DNA from: Clostridia bacterium
GTDB taxonomy: Bacteria > Bacillota > Clostridia > TANB77 > CAG-465
NCBI GenBank assembly: GCA_028692955.1
Contig: JAQUWH010000001.1
Span: 65,496-129,495 of the forward strand
Direction: 5' to 3'
Length of the DNA: 64,000 bases
Each line of letters begins with the position of its first letter. Position 1 is the first letter of the stretch. Positions 37,719 to 50,726 of this stretch are shown here, piece after piece. The translations under genes and the position numbers were made by a program. The notes beneath the pieces are model-generated. The model was not told the DNA's origin and made no database searches. It was given only the letters and a program-made list of their open reading frames with translations.

Positions 37719-39659
37719 ATGGAAAAGAAAAAATATTATATTACGACACCGATTTATTACCCAAGTGGAAACTTTCATGTAGGACATTGTTATTGTACGC
37801 TTATCGCGGATACTATAGCAAGATATAAAAGATTAAGAGGCTATGATGTGTTCTTTATGACAGGTACAGATGAACATGGTCAAAAAATAGAAAAAAAAGC
37901 AAAAGAAGCTGGAAAAACACCAAAAGAATACGTTGATGAAATCGTTACAGATACAAAAGATTTATGGAAATGTTTAGGGATAACATATGATAAGTATATG
38001 AGAACAACTGACCAAGAGCATGTTGAATGTGTAGAAAAAATATTTAAGAGACTTTATGATCAAGGAGATATCTATTTATCTGAATATGAAGGGTTATATT
38101 GTACACCTTGTGAATCATTTTGGACTGAGACACAATTGCTAGATGGCAAGTGCCCTGACTGTGGGAGAGATGTTGAAGTAGTAAGAGAAGAAAGCTACTT
38201 TTTTAAATTATCAAAATACCAAGATAGATTATTAAAGTACTATGAAGAACATCCAGACTTTCTAGAGCCTCTCTCTAGAAAAAATGAAATGATGAATAAC
38301 TTTTTTAAAAAAGGCTTAGAGGATTTATGTGTTTCAAGAACTACTATCGATTGGGGAATTAAAGTACCATTTGACAAAAAGCATATAGTATATGTGTGGA
38401 TTGATGCTTTAAGTAATTATATCTCTGGTTTAGGTTATTTAAAAGACGAAACAAAAATGAATGAATTTTGGCCAGCTGATTTACATCTAGTAGGAAAAGA
38501 AATTTTTAGATTCCATGCTATTATATGGCCGGCACTATTAATGGCGCTAGATTTGCCATTACCAAAAAAAATATATGGTCATGGTTGGCTTGTTGTAGAT
38601 GGTGCTAAAATATCAAAGTCAGTAGGAAACTACAAAGATCCAAGAGTATATATAAATGAAACTTCAGTTGATGCTTTAAGATATTTTTTACTTCATGAAG
38701 TGACAATGGGACAAGATGGCAACTTTTCTGAAGAGTTATTTTTAGAAAAATTTAATGCAGATTTATCAAATGATTTAGGAAACCTTGTTAGTAGAGTAAC
38801 TGCCATGGTAGAAAAATATAATGAGGGCATCATTGTAAAAGAAGACATTGAAAAACAAGAGATTGATACAGAATTAATCGATATGGCCTCACAGCTAATT
38901 GTAGCAATTGAGAACGATATGGAAGAATTAAAAATAAATGATGCGATATCAAAGATATGGAATGTGATTTCAAAAGCAAATAAGTATATTGATTTAAGTA
39001 CACCTTGGCTATTAACGAAGGAAGGAAAAACACAAAGATTAAATCAAGTGTTATACCACTTAATTGAAACGATTAGAATTATTGCTGTAAGCTTAGAACC
39101 ATATATGATCGAGACACCAACAAAGATGTTTGAACAAATTGGCGTGGAAGAAGAACTACAGACTTGGGAAAGTGGTAAAATATTTGGATTACTAAAAGCG
39201 GGAACAAAAGTATCTAAAAAAGATAATTTATTCCCAAGAATCGATTTAAAAAAGGAGAAACAAAAAGTGGAAAATGTTGATAACAAACAAGAAGTAAAAG
39301 AAAAAAAGGAAGAATTAGTAAAAGAAGAAAAATATATTACAATAGATGAACTAGAAAAGGTAGAGTTAAAAGTAGGCCAAGTCCTAAAAGTAGAAAGAAT
39401 TGAAAAGGCTGATAAGCTATATAAACTAACTGTTGATCTTGGAAATGAAACGAGAACAATTGTATCTGGGCTAGTAAAATACTATTCACAAGAACAATTA
39501 CTAAATAAACAAATCGTTGTGGTTTCTAATCTTAAACCAGTAACTTTAAGAGGAGTGGAATCTCAAGGAATGCTACTTGCTGCAGGAGATGATGTAGTTA
39601 AACTACTAACATTAGATAACAATGAAGGCTTTTTAGAAAACGGTACTAGAATACATTAG
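37719..39659 (+). CDS. metG: Methionyl-tRNA synthetase with C-terminal tRNA-binding (EMAP-like) domain
   Basis: HIGH-region variant (GNFHVGH). Zinc knuckle (CTPCESF...CPDCG). KMSKS variant (KISKS). Myf-like C-terminus. Confidence 0.9.
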   Translation: MEKKKYYITTPIYYPSGNFHVGHCYCTLIADTIARYKRLRGYDVFFMTGTDEHGQKIEKKAKEAGKTPKEYVDEIVTDTKDLWKCLGITYDKYMRTTDQEHVECVEKIFKRLYDQGDIYLSEYEGLYCTPCESFWTETQLLDGKCPDCGRDVEVVREESYFFKLSKYQDRLLKYYEEHPDFLEPLSRKNEMMNNFFKKGLEDLCVSRTTIDWGIKVPFDKKHIVYVWIDALSNYISGLGYLKDETKMNEFWPADLHLVGKEIFRFHAIIWPALLMALDLPLPKKIYGHGWLVVDGAKISKSVGNYKDPRVYINETSVDALRYFLLHEVTMGQDGNFSEELFLEKFNADLSNDLGNLVSRVTAMVEKYNEGIIVKEDIEKQEIDTELIDMASQLIVAIENDMEELKINDAISKIWNVISKANKYIDLSTPWLLTKEGKTQRLNQVLYHLIETIRIIAVSLEPYMIETPTKMFEQIGVEEELQTWESGKIFGLLKAGTKVSKKDNLFPRIDLKKEKQKVENVDNKQEVKEKKEELVKEEKYITIDELEKVELKVGQVLKVERIEKADKLYKLTVDLGNETRTIVSGLVKYYSQEQLLNKQIVVVSNLKPVTLRGVESQGMLLAAGDDVVKLLTLDNNEGFLENGTRIH

Positions 39660-39699
39660 TAAGTAAGTTCGTATATTAAATAGTATGGGGGTAATATTA

Positions 39700-40368
39700 A
39701 TGGAGATGGATGAATTTAATCCTAATAAAAAGAAAATAAAAATAGACTACAAAAAATTATCAAAAGAAATACTAGAATGGGTGTTATGCTTTGTCATTGC
39801 TTATATTCTTTACTTATGCATTAACTACTTTCTAGGCACTGTTTCAGGAGTAAAACAGGTATCAATGTTCCCAACAGCAAAAGAAAATGAGAGACTTTTA
39901 ATACAAAGACCTACTATATTTAGTAAGGATGTAAAAAGAGGCGATATCATCACTTTTGAAGCACCAATTGATTTGGGGTATATAGAAGAATCGACAACTA
40001 GCTCTACTATGGCACAGTATAAAGAACATGATTTCTTCGGTGGCTTCTTGTATGATTTCGTGGGAATTGGAAAAGTAAGTTATATCAAAAGAGTGATCGG
40101 CATAGAGGGAGACCATATTCTAATTAACGATAAAGGCGAAGTATATGTGAATGATCAAAAACTTGATGAACCATATCTACATGAGCAATTTACTGGAAAA
40201 ACAGGTCAATTTACAGACCTCATTGTTCCAAAAAATTGTGTATTTGCTATGGGTGATAACAGAGGTGAGAGTAAGGATTCGAGATATTTTGGTTGCATTC
40301 CAGTAAAACATATCGATGGTTATGTGGTTTGTAGAATTTGGCCATTTAATAAAATGGGTAAATTATAA
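39700..40368 (+). CDS. lepB: Signal peptidase I
   Basis: S26 boxes SMFPT, GDII, YIKRVIG and GDNRGESKDSRYFG. Confidence 0.8.
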   Translation: MEMDEFNPNKKKIKIDYKKLSKEILEWVLCFVIAYILYLCINYFLGTVSGVKQVSMFPTAKENERLLIQRPTIFSKDVKRGDIITFEAPIDLGYIEESTTSSTMAQYKEHDFFGGFLYDFVGIGKVSYIKRVIGIEGDHILINDKGEVYVNDQKLDEPYLHEQFTGKTGQFTDLIVPKNCVFAMGDNRGESKDSRYFGCIPVKHIDGYVVCRIWPFNKMGKL

Positions 40369-40383
40369 CAGGGAGGAATAAGT

Positions 40384-41220
40384 ATGTTTGAGAGTATTTT
40401 AGGGCACAAAGAGCAAAAAGTAATATTGCAAGAGAGTCTTAATAAAAATATGATATCTCATGCCTACTTATTTTTTGGTCAAAAAGGGATAGGTAAGGCA
40501 ACAATGGCAAAGGAATTTGCAAAGAATATACTTGGAACCGAAAATTTAGAAACCTGTCCCGATTATACCCATATTTCTAAAAAAGAAGATAAAAAAGATA
40601 TTATCATAGAACAGATACGAAAAGAATTAATTGATGATATATATGAAGCTCCTATTTCAGGAGATAAAAAGGTGTATTTAATTGATGATGCAGAGTTTTT
40701 AAATTTGGCTTCTCAAAATGCTTTACTTAAGACATTAGAAGAGCCTCCTCATTATGTTGTTGTTATTTTAATCTCCTCTAATTTAAGTTCTTTTTTAACC
40801 ACTATAATTTCTAGAGTAAATAAAATCTCATTTGGAAAGATAGAGGACGAAGCAATTAAAACATATATGAATAATCATTATCAAGTAGCTCTATCCGATA
40901 GAATACTAAAATATGTAGACGGATCTTTGGGACTGGCAATAGATATGATGGATGAGAACAAAATAAATATGATAGAAAAGATTGAACAATTATATTTAGC
41001 CTTATCTAAAAAAGATGTTATAAATACTATATTATTATACAAAGAAATTGATTTCACAATGAATGGGATGCTTGATTATCTGGAGTTTGTTTTGTTTGAT
41101 CGTTCCATGTTTTCGTGTACGAAATTTGTTGAAAAAGCTAAAATTCGATTGAAAAATAACGGAAATTATGATATAGTTATAGATAACATGATATTAAAAA
41201 TTATAGAAAATATCATGTAA
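40384..41220 (+). CDS. holB: DNA polymerase III delta-prime subunit
   Basis: AAA+ clamp-loader fold (HAYLFFGQKGIGKAT, LLKTLEEPP). Confidence 0.8.
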   Translation: MFESILGHKEQKVILQESLNKNMISHAYLFFGQKGIGKATMAKEFAKNILGTENLETCPDYTHISKKEDKKDIIIEQIRKELIDDIYEAPISGDKKVYLIDDAEFLNLASQNALLKTLEEPPHYVVVILISSNLSSFLTTIISRVNKISFGKIEDEAIKTYMNNHYQVALSDRILKYVDGSLGLAIDMMDENKINMIEKIEQLYLALSKKDVINTILLYKEIDFTMNGMLDYLEFVLFDRSMFSCTKFVEKAKIRLKNNGNYDIVIDNMILKIIENIM

Positions 41221-41231
41221 GGAGAATAAAA

Positions 41232-42050
41232 ATGGAATATATAATAGGAGTAAGGTTTAAAAAAACAGGTAGACTTTGCTACTTTAACCCATTAACATTT
41301 GGATTTAGGTTAGGTGATAGTATTATCGCTAATACTGAAAGAGGAGAAGAAATAGGTAGAGTAGTTAAGATAATAGATAAAAAAGATATACCTGTAGGTA
41401 TAGAAATCAATAATATCATAAAACCGGCAACAAGAAGAGATTTGGAGATACAAAAAGAGAATGAAGAAAAAGCAAATGAGGCATTAGTATTTTGCAGTGA
41501 TGAAGTAAAAAAATTAAACTTAAATATGAAATTACTTGCTGCAGAATACACATTTGATGCTTCAAAATTAACTTTTTATTTCGTTGCTGAAGAAAGAGTT
41601 GACTTTAGAGAATTAGTAAAATCTTTAGCATCTAAATATAAAGCTAGAATTGAACTGAGACAAATTGGACCAAGAGACGAAATAAAAACTTATCCAAACC
41701 TTGGAATGTGTGGTAAAGAAGTTTGTTGTAGAACGTATTTACAGGACTTTGAATCTGTTACTATTAAGATGGCAAAAGAACAAGGATTACAAATTAATAT
41801 GGCAAAGTTATCTGGAGCATGTGGAAAGCTAATGTGTTGTTTAAAATATGAAGAAGAAGCATATAAAGAAAATATAGAAAAATTACCTAAAGTTGGTGAT
41901 TTTGTTAAAATAGATGGTGAGGAAGAAAAGGGTAAAGTAATTGGACTTGACATTCTTGCTTTAAAAGTAAAAGTGAAATTTGGCACTTCACGTGATGATG
42001 AGAGATATGAAACCTATCCAGTAGATATGGTAAAATGGAAAGAAAAATAA
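41232..42050 (+). CDS. ricT: PSP1-domain protein RicT/YaaT
   Basis: PSP1 C-terminal cysteine motifs (GMCGKEVCCRTY, GACGKLMCCLKYE). Follows holB as in Bacillus. Confidence 0.8.
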   Translation: MEYIIGVRFKKTGRLCYFNPLTFGFRLGDSIIANTERGEEIGRVVKIIDKKDIPVGIEINNIIKPATRRDLEIQKENEEKANEALVFCSDEVKKLNLNMKLLAAEYTFDASKLTFYFVAEERVDFRELVKSLASKYKARIELRQIGPRDEIKTYPNLGMCGKEVCCRTYLQDFESVTIKMAKEQGLQINMAKLSGACGKLMCCLKYEEEAYKENIEKLPKVGDFVKIDGEEEKGKVIGLDILALKVKVKFGTSRDDERYETYPVDMVKWKEK

Positions 42051-42097
42051 TCTTCATTTGATGATAGTTATAAGAAGAATGAATATACTTAAGTTAG

Positions 42098-42280
<183 letters not shown>

Positions 42281-42394
42281 TAATGTTCGTTTAAAACACT
42301 AACAAAGTACATTGGTATTTTGTTAGTGTTTTGACTATTATATATTGCATTCTTTTTTATTTTATGTTATACTACTAGTAGATTTAATATATAA

Positions 42395-42655
42395 AAGCTA
42401 TGATGAAGAGGAGTAGAATATAGTTGCTTTAAGAGATAGAAATCCTTAGGCTGTGAGATTTCTTAAGAAAAACGTATTTGAAGGTAGCTTCTGAGCTGAT
42501 ATACTGAAGTGTAAGTGTGTAGGTATATTCCGTTTACAATCGGTTATTTTGTATAGAAGTGCATATGTATTTTTAATATGTATGAATTAAGGTGGTACCG
42601 CGAGTCACAGTCATTCGTCCTTAAATTATTTTGGATGTATGGCTGTTTTTTTGTA
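42395..42655 (+). promoter_or_regulatory. T-box riboswitch leader with terminator/antiterminator
   Basis: Conserved T-box sequence AATTAAGGTGGTACCGCG at 42584-42601. Downstream terminator stem cacagtcat...atggctg followed by tttttttg. Confidence 0.7.
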
Positions 42656-42684
42656 TATATGTGGAAATAGAAGTGGTGATTGTT

Positions 42685-42876
42685 ATGTTAAAAGATGCAG
42701 AGTTATTGATACCTTTGTTTTTGTTATTCATTGCCGTACTTGTGTTATTTAATGCAAGATGGATATTAAAAAACAAGGTGAAAAAAGAAGTAGAAAATAA
42801 GGTGGTACTCGGTGTAAAAATAGGGGCCTTTCTGGTCTGTGTTATTTCACTTGTAGTCATATATTTAATACGTTAG
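42685..42876 (+). CDS. Small two-TM membrane peptide between the T-box leader and valS
   Basis: RBS aagtggtga. Hydrophobic 63-aa product. Confidence 0.4.
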   Translation: MLKDAELLIPLFLLFIAVLVLFNARWILKNKVKKEVENKVVLGVKIGAFLVCVISLVVIYLIR

Positions 42877-42888
42877 GAGAGAATTAAA

Positions 42889-45504
<2,616 letters not shown>

Positions 45505-45522
45505 TGATAGTTGTGGAGAGTA

Positions 45523-46389
45523 ATGATGCAAGAAAAAAATAAAGAGGTAAAAAAAATTAGTATAGTTGGAATTATATTTAATTTTTTATTGTTAATAATT
45601 AAATTGATTGTTGGTATTCTTTCTAACTCGCAATCTATGATTGCGGATGGCTTAAATAGTGCAGGAGACATTTTTGCTTCCCTAATGTCCTATGTGGGGA
45701 ATAAAATATCGGCAAAGCCTATAGATAGAGAACATCCCTATGGCCATGGTAAGGCAGAATACATATTTTCGTGGATTATTAGTATATCCATGATCATGGC
45801 AGCTCTTGCTATGATGAATAGCTCTATTCAAAGTATTATCAATAACGGTGAGTTACATTTTTCCTATTACTTAATTATTGTTTGTTGTATTACAATAATT
45901 ACTAAAGTTTTATTATATATTTATGCAAAGTCAAAATATAGTAAGAATAAAAGTATCTTGATAAAAGCAAGTATGGAAGATCATAGAAATGATATTTTTG
46001 TCACCACTGGAACATTGCTTGGTATCCTTGCAAGTAGTTTAGGCTTTTATTATATAGATGGCATTGTAGGTACTCTTATCTCACTATGGATTGGCTATGC
46101 TGGTATAAGACTGTTTAAATCTTCTTATGATGTATTAATGGATACTGATATAGAGGAGGAAAGAAAAAATGCGATATACAAAGAACTAAATGAATGTGAG
46201 AATATTTTACATGTGGACAGTTTAAATTCAAAACCTGTAGGAGATAAATATATTATTATACTTAAAATTTCTATGAATGGTAATTTAACATTAAATGAAT
46301 CACATAGAATAGCAGGTGTCCTAAAAGAGCAATTACTAAATAAGTTTGATTATATTTATGATATTATTATACATATTAACCCACATTAG
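45523..46389 (+). CDS. Cation diffusion facilitator (CDF) family transporter, paralog 1
   Basis: Six TM helices. Metal-site motif SQSMIADGLNSAGD...HPYGHGK...HRND. C-terminal cytoplasmic domain. Confidence 0.7.
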   Translation: MMQEKNKEVKKISIVGIIFNFLLLIIKLIVGILSNSQSMIADGLNSAGDIFASLMSYVGNKISAKPIDREHPYGHGKAEYIFSWIISISMIMAALAMMNSSIQSIINNGELHFSYYLIIVCCITIITKVLLYIYAKSKYSKNKSILIKASMEDHRNDIFVTTGTLLGILASSLGFYYIDGIVGTLISLWIGYAGIRLFKSSYDVLMDTDIEEERKNAIYKELNECENILHVDSLNSKPVGDKYIIILKISMNGNLTLNESHRIAGVLKEQLLNKFDYIYDIIIHINPH

Positions 46390-46478
46390 TATTTAATGTA
46401 AACAAAATGGTTTTCAAATTAATATAATAAAGTAGGTAAGTTTTACTTATCTGCTTTATTTTGGGTTGAGGTAATTAT

Positions 46479-47351
46479 ATGGAAACCATTTCAAATAAAC
46501 AAAAAATAGTAAAAAGAGTTAGCATATTAGGAATATCGTGTAATCTATTTTTGGTAATAATAAAATTAATAGCAGGAGTACTTTCAAGTTCACAATCCAT
46601 GATGGCGGATGCTCTACATAGCATAGAAGATATGATGTCCTCAGTTGTTTCCTATGTTGCAATTAAAATATCATCTAAACCAAATGATAAAGATCATCCT
46701 TATGGGCATGGTGAGGTAGAATATACCTTTTCTTTTCTCATATCTATTATTATGATGATTATGTCTATTACCATGATAAAAAGCACAGTTATGAATATTT
46801 TATCTGGTACAAAGATAGTCTTTAGTAGTTGGATAATAATAGTTTGCGTGATAACATTATTGATTAAATTGGCGTTATATATGTATTCTAACAAGAAATA
46901 TAAGCAGACTGGAAATATATTGGTTAGGGCAGGAAGAGATGATCATAGAAATGATTTATTTGTTACTGGAACAGTCTTAATTAGTACAATATGTAGTGCA
47001 TTTGGACTCTATTTCATTGATTATATCTTTGGAATTGTTATTTCTATTTTTATTGCTATTGTTGGAATTAAGATATTTAGATTATCGTATAAAGTATTGA
47101 TTGATACTAATTTATGTGATGAAAAAATAGAAGATATTATAAGCAGTATTAATGAATATGATGAAGTTAAAAAAGTGAATCGAATTATTGGTAAACCAGT
47201 AGGTGAAAAATACGTAGTAATCTTAAAAATTTCTATGAATAGAAATTTAGATGTTTATGACTCACATGATATAGAATCAGCTATAAAAAGAAAGTTAATA
47301 AAAGAAAATGAATATATACAAGATGTTGTTATTCATGTGAATCCTTATTAA
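46479..47351 (+). CDS. Cation diffusion facilitator (CDF) family transporter, paralog 2
   Basis: Same motifs (SQSMMADALHSIED...HPYGHGE...HRND). Tandem duplicate. Confidence 0.7.
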   Translation: METISNKQKIVKRVSILGISCNLFLVIIKLIAGVLSSSQSMMADALHSIEDMMSSVVSYVAIKISSKPNDKDHPYGHGEVEYTFSFLISIIMMIMSITMIKSTVMNILSGTKIVFSSWIIIVCVITLLIKLALYMYSNKKYKQTGNILVRAGRDDHRNDLFVTGTVLISTICSAFGLYFIDYIFGIVISIFIAIVGIKIFRLSYKVLIDTNLCDEKIEDIISSINEYDEVKKVNRIIGKPVGEKYVVILKISMNRNLDVYDSHDIESAIKRKLIKENEYIQDVVIHVNPY

Positions 47352-47366
47352 AAAATAGCCTTAAGG

Positions 47367-48701
47367 CTATTTTTTAATAATACTAATTCCTGTGTAATAG
47401 TGCTTTAAAATTTGTGAATAACTATATCCTGCTTTTGCCATTTCATTTGCTCCATATTGGCTCATACCCACACCATGTCCGTATCCCTTTGTAGTAAACA
47501 CAATACTATTACCACTTTGTGATACTGAAAAATCAGCAGAGCGTAATCCTAGTAAACTCCTTACTTTTGCGCCATTAAAAGCTTTACCAACAAAGGTTAC
47601 GTTATTAACACGATTACCAGCTGTTCTACTATTGATACTTATCTGAGAAGCAGATGTTAAATTAACACCTAGTTTTTGTGAAATAACACTCATAGGAATG
47701 GTTTTACTTTGACTAAATCCTCTTACACCAACATCCCATTTGCTTTGGACAGGCTTTAAATAAGGAACTGAGCCTCCCCAAACATTGACTGGATCTTCTG
47801 TCATACCGTTACTAGTGGAAAAATAGACTGCATCAATATATTGGCCACTATAAGTCATACACTGACCTGAAGTAGCAAGAACAGCATTTTTTACTTTTGT
47901 ATAGTAGGTGTTAAAAGAGCCACCCCATTGTGTTCGTAGTTGGGCATCTGTTTTGTATACTTGATCAGCAGTGGTAGCAGATAAAGTAGCACCACTAGAG
48001 GTTTTCTTTAATGCATAAGTTCTGGCAGCTACTGCTTGTGCCTTTAATGCTTCAGAGTTAAATAAAGCAGGCATCTCTGAACCAACTACTCCAATCACAT
48101 AATCTTCTAAACCTAATTTTATCACTGTACCAGAAGAAAGCTTCACCGAGATTATTTTAGACGAATTAGTATTATTGGTAGTATTTCCAGTATTAGAATT
48201 GGCATTGCTATTGCCATTAAAATTTGGTTTACTAACTGTATTACTTGTACCATCAACAACTGGTTTTTCTATTGGTTCTTCCAATTTACCTGATGCACTA
48301 GAATTAATAATCCTTGTTTGTTCAGATTCAATAACATAGTTGACATCCACTTCTTTTTTTGGTATTACTTCATTTTTATTGCTATCTTGATTATCTTCCT
48401 CATTTAAAGAGGCAACGATTTGCGTGTCATCATTTAAACTAATACTTTCAAAAGGCTCATGCTTAATTTGTGAAAAAACTAAAGTACCTACGACAATACC
48501 ATTTAATATTAGTAAAGCAGAATCATCTGAAAAACTATCTATATTGGTTTTGATGTATTCTTTTATTCTAGTCGTTATATCCTTTACTTTTTTCTTTAAG
48601 GAATCAAAATCTAATCCAAATTCATAATCGCTAGGATAACTAACATAGATGACTAGCTTTTCCTTGCCATCAATCATTGCTATTTTTTGTATTATTTCCA
48701 T
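47367..48701 (-). CDS. SpoIID/LytB-domain protein (lytic transglycosylase enhancer) with extra N-terminal region
   Basis: SpoIID domain motifs (EMPALFNSEALKAQAVAARTYAL, YFSTSNGMTED). Confidence 0.7.
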   Translation of the reverse strand: MEIIQKIAMIDGKEKLVIYVSYPSDYEFGLDFDSLKKKVKDITTRIKEYIKTNIDSFSDDSALLILNGIVVGTLVFSQIKHEPFESISLNDDTQIVASLNEEDNQDSNKNEVIPKKEVDVNYVIESEQTRIINSSASGKLEEPIEKPVVDGTSNTVSKPNFNGNSNANSNTGNTTNNTNSSKIISVKLSSGTVIKLGLEDYVIGVVGSEMPALFNSEALKAQAVAARTYALKKTSSGATLSATTADQVYKTDAQLRTQWGGSFNTYYTKVKNAVLATSGQCMTYSGQYIDAVYFSTSNGMTEDPVNVWGGSVPYLKPVQSKWDVGVRGFSQSKTIPMSVISQKLGVNLTSASQISINSRTAGNRVNNVTFVGKAFNGAKVRSLLGLRSADFSVSQSGNSIVFTTKGYGHGVGMSQYGANEMAKAGYSYSQILKHYYTGISIIKK

Positions 48702-48779
48702 CTCATCACCTAATGGTATGTTTCCACAAAAGATGTTTTTTTATACGAAAAAAGTGCAACATGAGTTGCACCTTTTAAA

Positions 48780-49271
48780 TTAAAGATTGATGGAAATAGT
48801 TCGACCACTAGGCCGATAGAGATGATACTTCACTCCAGAAGCATCCAACATACGTTTTGAAGCCTTGGTGGCAGGAGTATTAGCGTACTTATCACTAAAA
48901 TAAATAATTTCTTTAATACCACTTTGGATAATAAGCTTTGCGCATTCATTACAAGGAAAAAGAGTTACATAGATGCTGGAGCCTTTTAAATTTTTTCCAT
49001 GGCAATTCGTGATTGCGTTGAGTTCAGCGTGTGCCACATAAGCATATTTGCTTTGTTCAAAATCTAAATTATCTCTATCCCAAGGAAATTCATCATCTTT
49101 ACAACCAATAGGAAGACCATTGTACCCAATTGACAAGATAACTTTGTCAGTGGAAACAATACATGCGCCTACTTGAGTGGAAGGGTCTTTTGAACGCTCG
49201 GCACTAAAAAATGCAACCCCCATAAAATATTCATCCCAACTGATATAATCTATACGTTTACCCGTTGACAT
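48780..49271 (-). CDS. dCMP/CMP deaminase (ComEB-like)
   Basis: HAELNAI ... PCNECAKLI zinc-binding motifs. Confidence 0.8.
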   Translation of the reverse strand: MSTGKRIDYISWDEYFMGVAFFSAERSKDPSTQVGACIVSTDKVILSIGYNGLPIGCKDDEFPWDRDNLDFEQSKYAYVAHAELNAITNCHGKNLKGSSIYVTLFPCNECAKLIIQSGIKEIIYFSDKYANTPATKASKRMLDASGVKYHLYRPSGRTISINL

Positions 49272-49427
49272 AGTAATGCCTCCTTATAGTAATTATTTAT
49301 CATGATTATATAATAGTATGGCATATATGTCAATAAAAAATCTAATTGGTTATTATTTTGTCTATTTTTGCAAATAATATACTATATGGTGTATATCAAA
49401 ATATATATATAATAAGGTGAGTTTAAT

Positions 49428-49598
49428 GCATGTATGTAAAACAAAAAAATATATAGTAAGTTTTGTTGGAATATATATTATTCTTAGTATTATATTTATT
49501 TACATTTTGCCAATGTCTTTTTGTAAATTTATCATGTGGTTAAGTACATGTGAAGAAAATAGTATTGGCGTTAATTATACTTTAGTAGAATTTTAACA
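49428..49598 (+). CDS. Small hydrophobic Cys-containing peptide (56 aa), not in the supplied track
   Basis: RBS ggtgag 6 nt upstream of ATG. Reads MHVCKTKKYIVSFVGIYIILSIIFIYILPMSFCKFIMWLSTCEENSIGVNYTLVEF. Confidence 0.3.
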
Positions 49599-49684
49599 AA
49601 ATATGTCTAATTTTGTAGAAAGCATTGATATTTTGTTGTCATTTAAATATAATATTAAATTGTGTGATTATTAAGGAGTGAACA

Positions 49685-49978
49685 ATGTTAAAAAACAATA
49701 AGGTGAAGAGATTAACTGATAGATATGATTATTATAGTACGGTAAGGAGTAAAGTAGATAAAATAGCAAAAAGCTTTTTAAAAAAAGACGATGAGATTTG
49801 TAGAGCAAAATTATATAATTTGGTGTTAAATTTGTGTAATCAGGTAGTATATGATTATACTTATGTTTTCACAAAAGATGATTTTAATTTTGTGATAGAT
49901 AATGATATTAATATTATAGATTTACTAGATAATTTTTTAGAAGATATCTGTAAAATAAAAAAATCCAATGTTAATTAA
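49685..49978 (+). CDS. Hypothetical protein
   Basis: ORF with RBS aaggagtg. Confidence 0.4.
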   Translation: MLKNNKVKRLTDRYDYYSTVRSKVDKIAKSFLKKDDEICRAKLYNLVLNLCNQVVYDYTYVFTKDDFNFVIDNDINIIDLLDNFLEDICKIKKSNVN

Positions 49979-50065
49979 TGTAATTGACATATAAATTAGA
50001 TAATGATATAATACAACTATTTAAAAGGGGTACCAAAAATATATAATTATTGAGGGGGTAACAAA

Positions 50066-50416
50066 ATGAGATATGTGCGGATGGAAGTTACGGTAAAACC
50101 AGATAGTTTGAGTAGCTCTAAAACTGGTGATGATCCTTTCGATTTAGCACTGCGTGCGGCAACTTTGAAATTTCGACGAGAATCAGGAAAAATCCTTCCA
50201 TTTCATAGTTTTAAAGTCAGAGAGGTTAGCAATTTCTCATTATATTCTGGGGCGTATGAGGTAACGGATATATACAAAGAGGTATATGGTATACCAGTTG
50301 ATGAATGGAAGGCTGCATGTGTTTCTATTATTCAGCAGTTAAAAATAGAACTGCGGATAGAAAAAAATATCCATATTCGCTTTATTGAAGCTGAATATGA
50401 AGAATTTTCTATCTAA
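50066..50416 (+). CDS. Hypothetical protein with foreign-looking codon usage
   Basis: RBS gagggggt. CGN arginine codons and G/C-ending codons are frequent, unlike the surrounding genes. A terminator hairpin (aggttcgtctaaaagacggacct attttt) follows. Confidence 0.5.
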   Translation: MRYVRMEVTVKPDSLSSSKTGDDPFDLALRAATLKFRRESGKILPFHSFKVREVSNFSLYSGAYEVTDIYKEVYGIPVDEWKAACVSIIQQLKIELRIEKNIHIRFIEAEYEEFSI

Positions 50417-50424
50417 CAATGAAT

Positions 50425-50453
50425 AGGTTCGTCTAAAAGACGGACCTATTTTT
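50425..50453 (+). terminator. Intrinsic terminator
   Basis: ggttcgtct aaaa gacggacct followed by attttt. Confidence 0.55.
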
Positions 50454-50568
50454 GTTGGTATAAAAAGAAACCATTTCTATGGTAGTTGAGCTTTATAGGT
50501 TCAAAACAAACGACCTGTGTTATCACGAGTCGTTATGTTTTGTTATATATCACAATATACAATCTAGA

Positions 50569-50643
50569 TGGTGATCCATACGGGAATCGAACCCATGATT
50601 CCACCTTGAGAGGGTGGCGTCTTAACCGCTTGACCAATGGACC
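50569..50643 (-). tRNA. tRNA-Glu-like gene with anticodon CUC, in its own transcription unit
   Basis: Reverse complement ggtccattggtcaagcggttaagacgccaccctctcaaggtggaatcatgggttcgattcccgtatggatcacca. Anticodon stem ccacc/ggtgg, loop ctctcaa. About 75% identical to the tRNA-Glu(UUC) at 7905-7979. Promoter-like TTTACT-17-TATAAT upstream on the minus strand. A terminator hairpin follows. Confidence 0.6.
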
Positions 50644-50726
50644 AATCATGAAGTTATTATACCATAAATAATAAAAAAAGTAAACAAAAAATGTCCATAA
50701 GTTAAATTCTTTATGGACATTTTTCT

